This document shows positions 26,122-34,248 of a stretch of 64,000 nt of DNA, piece by piece. The notes under the pieces were generated by a model. That model was not told where the DNA came from. It saw only the letters and a program-made list of their open reading frames with translations, and made no database searches. Positions within the stretch are counted from its first letter, which is position 1. Each line of letters opens with the position of its first letter. The stretch spans positions 49,295-113,294 of IMG/VR virus record IMGVR_UViG_3300025010_000004; one strand, written 5' to 3'. The position numbers and the translations under genes were made by a program. The stretch is from a virus.

Positions 26122-26376
26122 TTATACTTGAATATCTAACAAGCCTTTACGCGCTTCCTCCATACTAATTGAGTGCCTATGTGCCCCTCTTTCAAGATTA
26201 GCTCTTATCATTACCCGTCTGATAGACGCACCACGTAATACTTTTGTGTTTCTATATCCAAGTAACTTATAGAGGTAGAACCTTATAAATGATACCTTGA
26301 ATGGAGTCCCTATGCCGCCGAAATAGTCAAACGCAACGCCTCCACTTCGATGTAAATAATAGTCGTATCTCTTCAT
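26122..26376 (-). CDS. hypothetical protein
   Basis: 84 aa, co-oriented. Confidence 0.55.
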   Translation of the reverse strand: MKRYDYYLHRSGGVAFDYFGGIGTPFKVSFIRFYLYKLLGYRNTKVLRGASIRRVMIRANLERGAHRHSISMEEARKGLLDIQV

Positions 26377-26397
26377 TTAAGCCCTCGCTAATTAGCT

Positions 26398-26472
26398 TGG
26401 CGTCCCTTACAGGATTTGAACCTGTGTCTCTCGCGTGAAAGGCGAGTGTCCTGTCCACTAGACTAAAGGGAC
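26398..26472 (-). tRNA. tRNA-Glu (TTC)
   Basis: GTCCCTT/AAGGGAC acceptor, CTCGC-CTTTCAC-GCGAG anticodon arm, TTCAAAT T-loop, encoded CCA. Confidence 0.95.
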
Positions 26473-26476
26473 GTAT

Positions 26477-26866
26477 CTACGCTGCATCGTCTGGCTCTTC
26501 ATCCCAGTACTTTGATATATCGGCTTTCTCTTTTTCGGTGGCGTCAGTAACAGAAAGCAACTTCCTAAGAATTCCGTAGAATTCGTCTGCTTCCTCTGCT
26601 ACAACTCCGCCATCTACGTTGTCCAGCCAATAATCTATTGTCTTAAACTCTGCTAGTGTTAGCAGAGGTTTTTGCGCGCCTGTAGAAGATATAGCTTTAA
26701 GCGCTCTATTGTAAGAATCTACCTCTTGCTGAAGTTCCTCTAGGTGTATTGATAACTCTCCAAACCTAACAAACATAGAGTCTCCGTCTTTATCCTTGTG
26801 GGACTTAACTAAGTGCTTGCGTATAAGATCGCGAGACTCTGTAATCCTGGACTCAGACAACTTCAT
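26477..26866 (-). CDS. hypothetical protein
   Basis: 129 aa, AGGAGG RBS. Confidence 0.7.
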   Translation of the reverse strand: MKLSESRITESRDLIRKHLVKSHKDKDGDSMFVRFGELSIHLEELQQEVDSYNRALKAISSTGAQKPLLTLAEFKTIDYWLDNVDGGVVAEEADEFYGILRKLLSVTDATEKEKADISKYWDEEPDDAA

Positions 26867-27067
26867 TTTACCTCCTGATAGAAAAGAGTTAGTAACCGCT
26901 ACTTAGCTTACGAGGGCCTCGGATTTCGCACCCAACCATTAGAAATGGCCTTGTAGTTTGGCGGGCCGGAGCAGGCCCGCATTTATTCAGTTGTATGTTG
27001 GTGTATGTTAGAGCATTGTTATACACCTCCTTTCTCTATGCCGGAAAGGAGTCCAGCAACTCAAGTG

Positions 27068-27083
27068 GTAGAACATGTTCTAC
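27068..27083. promoter_or_regulatory. GTAGAA-N4-TTCTAC palindrome
   Basis: Perfect copy, contains stop of 27080..27319. Confidence 0.85.
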
Positions 27084-27319
27084 TTACTACAAAACTGCCT
27101 AACTGCATTAACTACTTTGACGTAGGCGTAGCCTGTGAAGTAATTGTTGGCCACTTCTTTCAGAAACTTCTTGGACGGAGCTGTGGTAACGTCCATCTTT
27201 AGGTGCGCAGACAACGCACTCTTGAATTCTTCATCCGTCATTTTACCATCAACGAACTCTCTCATTATCTGCTTGGTCATTGGTTGACTCATGGCCTTAT
27301 CCCCATGCTCATAAAACAT
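27080..27319 (-). CDS. hypothetical protein
   Basis: 79 aa, probable start MSQPMT. Confidence 0.6.
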   Translation of the reverse strand: MFYEHGDKAMSQPMTKQIMREFVDGKMTDEEFKSALSAHLKMDVTTAPSKKFLKEVANNYFTGYAYVKVVNAVRQFCSK

Positions 27320-27745
27320 GTTTTTATAGGGGTTACAAAACAGCCCCTAAGCAGCTGACTAACTTTTAATACTCAGCATACGCAGTTTGCAATAGGGTGT
27401 CGGCATTCAGCACAACAAATTCCCCTGGTTTCATCGACCTTAATCTTTATTGCAACTGGCTTAGGCATATTAACTATAGCCTTAGCAAATTCTTTAATCG
27501 ACTCCTTTTTTCTCTTTCGACGTTTCTTTTCTTGCTGGGACATTACGCCCTCCTTTGGGCAATAGGCTACCGCGAAGTATCCTTATTTCGAGTTAACCCT
27601 TACCGAGAAGGTAGCACCGGAGCGAACAACCACAGACGTTGATTTCTTCTTTCCTTTTTCCGCCAGTTGGCAACCTAGCGCCTTTTCCAGCATAGCAACC
27701 ACTGATGTAGCCATGACATTTCCCTCCTTGGATTAATTAAATTAG

Positions 27746-28150
27746 CTACCTCTTAGAGGCAACTTGAATAGTCTTCTTGTCTACTTCTTTACCATCTTCG
27801 TCTCTGATAACTACGGTTATGTACGTGGAACCGCGTTCCTTGACAGCTACGGTATGCGTCATAGGGACATATTGCTTAATGTGCTTTACAACATCTCCTA
27901 GAAGGAAGAAAGACATTCCATCCATGAAGTAGCTACGACTCGGAACACGCTCAACATCTTCGTGGCCGACGTTTATGATATGATTCCAGTTGCCAGCGGG
28001 AATGCTGTGTACAGGATCATACATATACACTCTTAGATGCTCTTTGGCAACCTCAAGAACCAGGCCAGTACCTCCTATGAGGCTGGTGGAGTAATCGCCA
28101 TGGTACTTTAGGATTCTAACTGCTGATCCTTTCTTAATGTCTGGGTTCAT
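27746..28150 (-). CDS. hypothetical protein (SH3/KOW-like N-terminus)
   Basis: IKKGSAVRI..GGTGLV.EV; AAGGAG RBS. Confidence 0.65.
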   Translation of the reverse strand: MNPDIKKGSAVRILKYHGDYSTSLIGGTGLVLEVAKEHLRVYMYDPVHSIPAGNWNHIINVGHEDVERVPSRSYFMDGMSFFLLGDVVKHIKQYVPMTHTVAVKERGSTYITVVIRDEDGKEVDKKTIQVASKR

Positions 28151-28293
28151 GATGTGCTCCTTGCTATTTATTTTTAAGCACCAAAGAACTTTCTTTCCGC
28201 TTCTTTCTGCTTTCTGGCTGACTTACGATCTACCTTGCTCATAACGCCTCCTTAGTCATTGAATGTGTGCCATGATAACCGACCATGCAGAAG

Positions 28294-28309
28294 GTAGAAC
28301 ATGTTCTAC
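28294..28309. promoter_or_regulatory. GTAGAA-N4-TTCTAC palindrome
   Basis: AG-GTAGAACATGTTCTAC-CT. Confidence 0.85.
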
Positions 28310-28550
28310 CTAACTTATGTTGTTTGATTTCATTTTCAAAGCTTCTTGTAGGGACTAAGGTAGCCTTGAAAATAACATCAAAGGTATTTTGGAGGCAGAC
28401 TATTAGCGGTCTGCCAGCGCACCAGCGACAACTGGAAACAGTTTTAAGTCATGCTTAGGACTATAGCATTGCGCCGGAGCAGCAGGGGGCTACAGCGGGA
28501 AGCATCCATTTGATCGTTTTCATGGTGATTCCTCCTTTCTTTTGGGTTAA

Positions 28551-28775
28551 TTAACAGTATTTACCATCCAAAGGGATGAATGTGACTATGTTTCTAGCGC
28601 CGTCTGGGATATGTTGAAAGTAATCTTGAAGACAGCACACCCAGGCCTCTTCTGTGGTTTTGCTAATACCATGTCCTGGCGTTCTCCAATATCCTTTATC
28701 AGTAATGTATATGTGCCCTTTAGTTTCTAAGGGAAGGGCTTTAATTTCTTCTTGGGTTAGTGTTTGAGGTGGCAT
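28551..28775 (-). CDS. hypothetical protein
   Basis: 74 aa, AGGAG RBS. Confidence 0.65.
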   Translation of the reverse strand: MPPQTLTQEEIKALPLETKGHIYITDKGYWRTPGHGISKTTEEAWVCCLQDYFQHIPDGARNIVTFIPLDGKYC

Positions 28776-28804
28776 TTAACGTCTCCTAAGATGTAAGAAA
28801 GCGA

Positions 28805-28820
28805 GTAGAACATGTTCTAC
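28805..28820. promoter_or_regulatory. GTAGAA-N4-TTCTAC palindrome
   Basis: Perfect copy next to the 12-bp array. Confidence 0.85.
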
Positions 28821-28856
28821 CTTTAGGGTAACATGTAAGGTAAGGTAACTTACCGT

Positions 28857-29016
28857 TAATATATCTGTTAACCTTTGAGGTAACATGCAAGGTAACATGC
28901 AAGGTAATATATCTGTTAACCTTTGAGGTAACATGCAAGGTAACATGCAAGGTAACATGCAAGGTAACATGCAAGGTAACATGCAAGGTAACATGCAAGG
29001 TAACATGCAAGGTAAC
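28857..29016. repeat. 12-bp tandem repeat AGGTAACATGCA (iteron-like)
   Basis: 7 perfect copies at 28926-29009 plus 2 earlier copies inside a duplicated 48-bp unit. Confidence 0.95.
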
Positions 29017-29372
29017 GCACTAACTAACCTATCCGTTAACCTTTAAGGTGATGATTAAGGTAATAACCCCAAATCCTACCGACCCTCGGTTTCCCCAAAC
29101 ATTATATAGAATATCAATAATAACAAAGTTTATGGGGGTTATGAAACACTACCTTCACCCAAAACAACCAAAACATAAATCCAATTCTCCCCATACCGCC
29201 TTGCCATATGTGATTTCAACTACTTAGCAACTACTCTCAAGGTCATTTTCAAGGCCACATTCCAGCAATTTTAGGTGCCTCTATTGCCACCTGGGAGTTG
29301 AAACCCAACCGTCCGGAATGTGACCTTGAAAGTGACCTTGAAGGTTATCTTTTAAAAACCTTCAAGGTCAAG

Positions 29373-29388
29373 GTAGAACATGTTCTAC
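29373..29388. promoter_or_regulatory. GTAGAA-N4-TTCTAC palindrome
   Basis: Perfect copy. Confidence 0.85.
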
Positions 29389-29413
29389 CCACCGAAAATC
29401 AACTCCACCTCCG

Positions 29414-29563
29414 CTAGCGCACAATTAGCCTTTTATCAGGAACTACGATAACCGGCACGATAAGGCCCCGAGCTATAACCCCGTCCTTGAACAGGTTGAA
29501 TTCATTTCTGGTATTGGACATAATGCGGTGGATTTTCTCTTTGCCTCTTAGCAGGTCTTTCAT
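29414..29563 (-). CDS. small hypothetical protein
   Basis: MKDLLRGK start with AGGAGG RBS. Confidence 0.55.
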   Translation of the reverse strand: MKDLLRGKEKIHRIMSNTRNEFNLFKDGVIARGLIVPVIVVPDKRLIVR

Positions 29564-29587
29564 TTGCTTCCCTCCTAGGTTTGTGAG

Positions 29588-29603
29588 GTAGAACATGTTC
29601 TAC
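29588..29603. promoter_or_regulatory. GTAGAA-N4-TTCTAC palindrome
   Basis: Perfect copy, contains stop of a small TM ORF ending KPTTKR*. Confidence 0.85.
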
Positions 29604-29790
29604 CTTTTAGTTGTTGGTTTGTTTCTGAAGTAGAGAGTCGATGCGATGCACACAACGGTACACCACGCTAAGAACAATAGCGTTTCTTCTAGGGATGTGA
29701 GATGTGGCATTTGGTAATCCTCCTTATTTTTTAATTAAAGCCGAAGGCGGCTAAATTAAAAAATTATAATGTTCAAATCAAAAATAAAGC

Positions 29791-29901
29791 TTGACAAAAT
29801 CGCAAAAGTGTGGTATAATAGAGGCATATCTTGAGTGAAACGAAAGATATGCGGTTATAGGTTTATAAGCCTTTAGGTATGCCTTACCCTAAACCTTAAC
29901 C
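29791..29901 (+). promoter_or_regulatory. sigma70 promoter + hairpin + 12-bp repeats (module copy 2)
   Basis: TTGACA-17-TATAAT; GCATATCTT-GAGTGAAACGA-AAGATATGC; CCTT cores every 12 bp. Confidence 0.75.
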
Positions 29902-30103
29902 TATCTATATTTTCGTGCCGATTCCTGAATGATTCCGAAGGGTTACACAATACACTAATGATTACGGGTATTTATGTGTAGCCTTTATCAGCTTTATTAA
30001 CCTTCCAGGCACCTTCAATGTTACCTTGCAATTTATTCAGGCGTAGCCAAGTAATGTGCAAGGTAATGTTGAAGGTAGAAATCAAGTTACTTTCCTTTCA
30101 AAG

Positions 30104-30119
30104 GTAGAACATGTTCTAC
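30104..30119. promoter_or_regulatory. GTAGAA-N4-TTCTAC palindrome
   Basis: AAG-GTAGAACATGTTCTAC-CTT (22-bp palindrome). Confidence 0.85.
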
Positions 30120-30375
30120 CTTCATAGCTTCTGTTTTAAGGCGCAAAAAAGCCGATCTAACGCAATTATAGGTCAGTACCTGGGCATGGATACCCAAGAT
30201 ATGGCTATAGTGGTTAGAATCGGCTTGTGGCTTTTTCATAGTTAATTTCCTTATAGCCCTTGTTTCGGCTATTTAGTGTATGTGGTTTATGCTTCAAATT
30301 TGACTTGTAAGGTAATTTGATTAATCACCTTAGCATGAGCTAGAGTAACTAATCAAGTGACCTTACAGGCATGGT

Positions 30376-30416
30376 TAAGGTGCCTGTAAGGTGCCTGTAA
30401 GGTGCCTGTAAGGTGC
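30376..30416. repeat. 11-bp tandem repeat TAAGGTGCCTG x3.7
   Basis: Read directly; inverted copy at 30361-30371. Confidence 0.9.
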
Positions 30417-30420
30417 ATAT

Positions 30421-30615
30421 TTAGGTGGTCAGGTCGATGTATTGACCACAGTTAGTCAGGCAAAAGTCAAGGTTAACGTGGTCAGGATTAACACCTGCTT
30501 TCAATTCAAAGACTTCATGTGCATAGAGGCACTGGCACTGCATATGCTCATAGTGCGTACATAGCGTACAAACTTTACGTGTACGCGCATTTTCATCGGC
30601 GATAATTCTAGCCAT
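30421..30615 (-). CDS. small Cys/His-rich protein
   Basis: MARII start with AAGGAG RBS; CTLCTH..CQC. Confidence 0.6.
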   Translation of the reverse strand: MARIIADENARTRKVCTLCTHYEHMQCQCLYAHEVFELKAGVNPDHVNLDFCLTNCGQYIDLTT

Positions 30616-30668
30616 GGTTAATGCTCCTTTGCTACGTTCTTTTCTACGTAGCACGCTCAAATTTAGCT

Positions 30669-30730
30669 TCTAAAGGCTTTTCTAAAGGTCACTGGTATAG
30701 ATACTAGTAACCTTTAGAAAAGCCTTTAGA
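30669..30730. repeat. 30-bp near-perfect inverted repeat
   Basis: TCTAAAGGCTTTTCTAAAGGTCACTGGTAT-AG-ATACTAGTAACCTTTAGAAAAGCCTTTAGA. Confidence 0.85.
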
Positions 30731-30762
30731 CTGCCATATCGACAGCCTAAAGGCCCTTGTTG

Positions 30763-31476
30763 TTAGCCGTTAACCGCTTCTGCCTCCGGCTTTTCTTCTG
30801 CAGGAATAGCGCCTTCTTTAGCTTTCAGCTCCCTCTGCTTTTTCTCTTTTTCGGCCTTTTCAGCGTCAAGATCTGGACGCAACGCGTCTGCTATGGCGGT
30901 CAATGCCGGTTTGATTTCTTCCTTCAGCTCCGGTGACAGAAGCGCCGATTCTTCAAGCACTTTCAATGCAGCAAAGACCTTTGCAAGGTTCTTTTCGTGT
31001 TCCGTAGCGATAGGAGCAAAGGCGGGTTTTTTAGCCTTTACTACTTCGCCGGTAGTTTCATCCTTTACCGGCTCGCCGTCTTTCATTAGCACTTCTTCCG
31101 TAAAGTAAAGGTCGGTTATATTCCGGTCGATGTATTGCTGTAAAGCTTTCAGGCCGGAAGCGCGCTTGTTACCGTGCTTTATTGCTGCGGTAGTCCAGCT
31201 GTAAAACTTTGCCGGATTGTTGGGGTTAACGGTGCGGTGTTCTTCCGGAAAGGTATCATAGATGCGCTGTACGAAAAGCACTGTGTTTGCTTTTCCCGTC
31301 GAATAATCGGTAGTCATCGGGAAAATCGGTTTAAACATTTCAAACAATTCCTTGCTTCCCTCGTTAATTGCGTCAATCCCCTTGGAGAGGTTAAGCGCCT
31401 TTTCTGACGCGATTTTCCCCATTTCAATGAGGTTGACTGCCGCTGAACCTACAAGAATTTCCGCTGTGTTTGCCAT
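30763..31476 (-). CDS. hypothetical protein, first gene of the leftward arm
   Basis: 237 aa, AAAAGGAG RBS, charged C-terminus. Confidence 0.8.
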   Translation of the reverse strand: MANTAEILVGSAAVNLIEMGKIASEKALNLSKGIDAINEGSKELFEMFKPIFPMTTDYSTGKANTVLFVQRIYDTFPEEHRTVNPNNPAKFYSWTTAAIKHGNKRASGLKALQQYIDRNITDLYFTEEVLMKDGEPVKDETTGEVVKAKKPAFAPIATEHEKNLAKVFAALKVLEESALLSPELKEEIKPALTAIADALRPDLDAEKAEKEKKQRELKAKEGAIPAEEKPEAEAVNG

Positions 31477-31533
31477 GGTGATAACTCCTTTTCTGTTGTC
31501 TGCTTTTGGCAGGGTATTCGCTTCCCGTTATGA

Positions 31534-31549
31534 GTAGAACATGTTCTAC
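31534..31549. promoter_or_regulatory. GTAGAA-N4-TTCTAC palindrome (rightmost full copy)
   Basis: Perfect copy. Confidence 0.85.
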
Positions 31550-31602
31550 TTGTGGAAAGCTACGTTGTTTTAATGAGGATGCACTAATCCCTTGGTCTTA
31601 CG

Positions 31603-32078
31603 TTGGCATGGTTCTTGCATACCAGGGCCTTCATCTGCAAAGGCAGGAATTAGAACAATCTAATGAGAGAGACCGGGCCTAATGCCTTGCGGCATCACGC
31701 TATACATCACTCATATTGCAGAAGGAGTGCCAGTCTTGTTATGCCTGGCATTTTATTTTTATTACTTAGCAATATAGCATAGTTACAAGGTTACTATAAT
31801 GTTGTTATGCCTGTTATAACATTGGCTATGGGCCTTACTTGCTTAGATAGTAGGCACTATTTTCTGATAATTGTGTAAGTACGTGTAATTGTTACATAAT
31901 GTGCTGCCTAATAAATAGACAGCGTTGATTAAATAATAGGCAATATGCAATGAGCGTGCCAATATGTAATGAGTAGAACATTTGAGACTTATGTTGATTG
32001 TATGGCATGATATATGCATAGTAGCTATAATTGTAATAGTGGTTGGTATGGTATATGCATTAGCATATAGTGTGCCAA
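31603..32078. promoter_or_regulatory. cluster of six sigma54-type -24/-12 motifs
   Basis: TGG(C/T)A..N..TGC(A/T) with GG-N10-GC spacing at 31603(+), 31717(-), 31946(-), 32003(+), 32044(+), 32062(-). Confidence 0.65.
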
Positions 32079-32340
32079 CGTATAGTCTACTTAATCTATC
32101 GACTAAGTATATTAGCTTATCTTCATTAATACGGTCAGTCCTCATGCCTGTATTATACACTAGAACAGTGTTATAAAGCCAGCGGAGTATCATTATCCTG
32201 GCTTAATGAGTATACGTGGGGGCGGTGCGCTCATTAGAGCCGTTTTAATGAGAGCTATTTCCCATCCGTTCCACCTGAATAGTTATTTTAAACGTTACAT
32301 AATTGTAACAACCAAACATAACCATAAACATTATTTAAGT

Positions 32341-32532
32341 CACTTTCAATACCACCTTCAAGACTACCTTAAACATCACCATAAAGGTTACCTTTAAGGT
32401 TACCTTAACATCACCTTAACCCGCACCTACCCAGTATTTTACTTAAGGCACCCCAAAGATTACCTTAAATGTTACTTTCAATATCACCACAAACATTACA
32501 TTAAACATCACCATAAAAGTAACCTTCAAGAT
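32341..32532. repeat. degenerate 12-bp periodic repeat (YACCTT core)
   Basis: cactttcaatac caccttcaagac taccttaaacat caccataaaggt tacctttaaggt..., second run from 32461. Confidence 0.8.
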
Positions 32533-32584
32533 CAATTCCTAAAATTTAAAAATAAATACCAAATACTATATAGCCATATAAGAA

Positions 32585-32611
32585 AAGCCTCTCTATAAAA
32601 TAGAGAGGCTT
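32585..32611 (-). terminator. rho-independent terminator ending the 32.6-43 kb leftward block
   Basis: AAGCCTCTCTA-N5-TAGAGAGGCTT with U-tract on the minus strand. Confidence 0.7.
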
Positions 32612-32841
32612 CCTTCTTCCATAAAAAATTTGGTCAAACGCTATATAACCCTACCATCCATATAGAGTATCGCGTCTAAAACTACAACACCTCTCCCTCA
32701 AGCTTCTTAATCGACTCGTCAAACCTCATAACGTCATCAATCAAGCAATCTACTATGCCATCCAATTCTCCAACCTCATCGTCAAGCTCTTCAAACATCT
32801 GCTCAAGCTTTTCCAACCTACTCAATATGTTTTTAATATTA

Positions 32842-33141
32842 TCATCTGTCAGCATCTATAATCTCCTTTACTTGTTTATACCTGCGTTTAGCCAGCTCAT
32901 CCAATTCAGCCTTCTCAACCTCATTAGTCCTAACTTCTTCTTCATATTCAGCAATCTCGTCTTTTATAGTAGGGCACAATAAGCATACCTTCCTATATAG
33001 CTTAGCCCCGCTTTGCACAGACACAGTGCCAAACCCAAACGACTTAGAGTTTCTAACCTTGTCCTTAATTCTAGACTGCCAATCATAGTCAACCACAATC
33101 CACTTATGAAAACCTAACCTGCATCTTAGGGGCATGTCCAT
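32842..33141 (-). CDS. hypothetical protein (C.LG.HKW, DUF1660-like)
   Basis: LRCRLGFHKW...C..C. Confidence 0.6.
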   Translation of the reverse strand: MDMPLRCRLGFHKWIVVDYDWQSRIKDKVRNSKSFGFGTVSVQSGAKLYRKVCLLCPTIKDEIAEYEEEVRTNEVEKAELDELAKRRYKQVKEIIDADR

Positions 33142-33143
33142 AA

Positions 33144-33611
33144 TTACTCTACCTTAAACCTAAAAGGTTCCTTTCCTTGTCTAAACAACCATATTGCCTC
33201 AGCCTGGCAGCAATGACCTTCCTGCCCGAAGAAGTCAGAGAAGCCATTATACTGTTCTATGACTTTTATAAGTTCAGGGTTTCCTTTTAGGTACACCCAC
33301 CATAGCATGTAATAGAATTCTTTCAATAAACTTACCGGCCATTTTTTACCATTAAACATAAAAGCAACTGTGGTCTTTCCTTTAGCTTCCTTCCAATGTA
33401 ACCCAGTCTCTAAATTGCCCCAGGCATCTTCAATTACTTTGGCACGCTGGAACCTAGACTCTATTGACTCGCTTAGGATTCCGCTGCCTATGTAGGCGTT
33501 AAAAGCACTAAATCTCTTATCGCCTCTATTACTACATTCAAGGAATGGCGGTTCTCCAAAGAACTGCATATTATCTATCCCTACTAATATCAGATAGACT
33601 TGTTCTGTCAT
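33144..33611 (-). CDS. NADAR-like (DarG1-type) ADP-ribosyl hydrolase
   Basis: LECS.RGDKRFSAFNA, IE..FQ..KV, FY..LW..YL..NPEL...Y.GFSD.F..CQA; probable start Met at 33569. Confidence 0.6.
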   Translation of the reverse strand: MTEQVYLILVGIDNMQFFGEPPFLECSNRGDKRFSAFNAYIGSGILSESIESRFQRAKVIEDAWGNLETGLHWKEAKGKTTVAFMFNGKKWPVSLLKEFYYMLWWVYLKGNPELIKVIEQYNGFSDFFGQEGHCCQAEAIWLFRQGKEPFRFKVE

Positions 33612-33921
33612 TTAGACCACACAGCATATTACCTAAGGAATTAATTAATAGCCTATCTGTTTCTTTAAAAAAGGTATGAACATCCTCTATACCCTGTGCA
33701 TAGTCATATATGTCCGGTACGGGCTCCGCCTTAACTTCCTCAGCTTCATACGTAGGAAATATCTCTATGGCCTCTTTAAGGTCACTTTTAACTTCAGTCA
33801 AGCAGTTCTCGCATCTAACAAGATAGTAGAAATCGTACCACCCTGTCTTTGCGTTTATCTTAGCCAACTTGTTTACGTGTGCTCTGCCGTAGCATACAGG
33901 GCAAACTCTTCGTTTGTTCAT
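33571..33921 (-). CDS. Lar-like zinc-finger protein
   Basis: CPVC.G.A...Y.VRCENC...EAIE. Confidence 0.55.
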   Translation of the reverse strand: MNKRRVCPVCYGRAHVNKLAKINAKTGWYDFYYLVRCENCLTEVKSDLKEAIEIFPTYEAEEVKAEPVPDIYDYAQGIEDVHTFFKETDRLLINSLGNMLCGLNDRTSLSDISRDR

Positions 33922-34025
33922 TGTTCCTCCAATGGTGTATTTAAAGCCTTTTTAGCAGTTTTACACAAAAAATGACGAAAATCGTTTAAAATTCGTCATT
34001 TTTTGTGCGAAACCTTCGGTTTTCT

Positions 34026-34247
34026 TTAATTTTCTTCTGTTTCCTCAGCTTTTTCTTCTTTTTTGCTGTGTTCTTGCGTCTTTTTTATAAGCCATTTGCT
34101 CAATATATTCTCTGAAATGCAGTCTATACTCCATTTCAATGCCCTTGTAGATGCCTCTGAAACTCCGTAAGCTATGAATATAGGCAGGCTAAGCAGTAGA
34201 ATTATACAAGCTGTTACATTGGTTAGGACTTTAAACAGCTTGTACAT
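34026..34247 (-). CDS. small membrane protein
   Basis: N-terminal TM segment. Confidence 0.6.
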   Translation of the reverse strand: MYKLFKVLTNVTACIILLLSLPIFIAYGVSEASTRALKWSIDCISENILSKWLIKKTQEHSKKEEKAEETEEN

Positions 34248-34248
34248 G

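Noticed and set aside
26959-26980. CCA-ending minihelix GCGGGCC/GGCCCGC-CA on the minus strand
   Set aside because: No discriminator base or other tRNA arms; more simply an intergenic hairpin.
28776-29010. ORFs MLPC-repeat and HVTL-repeat
   Set aside because: Artefacts of the stop-free 12-bp tandem repeat; no RBS.
2509-31549. Palindromes as a CRISPR array or Cas12a-like repeats (TCTAC/GTAGA stem)
   Set aside because: Spacing is hundreds to thousands of bp with whole genes between, arm order is the reverse of the Cas12a repeat, and no cas genes are present.
31843-32397. ORFs 31843..32193, 31982..32176 and 32206..32397
   Set aside because: No RBS, atypical composition, overlap regulatory motifs and repeats.
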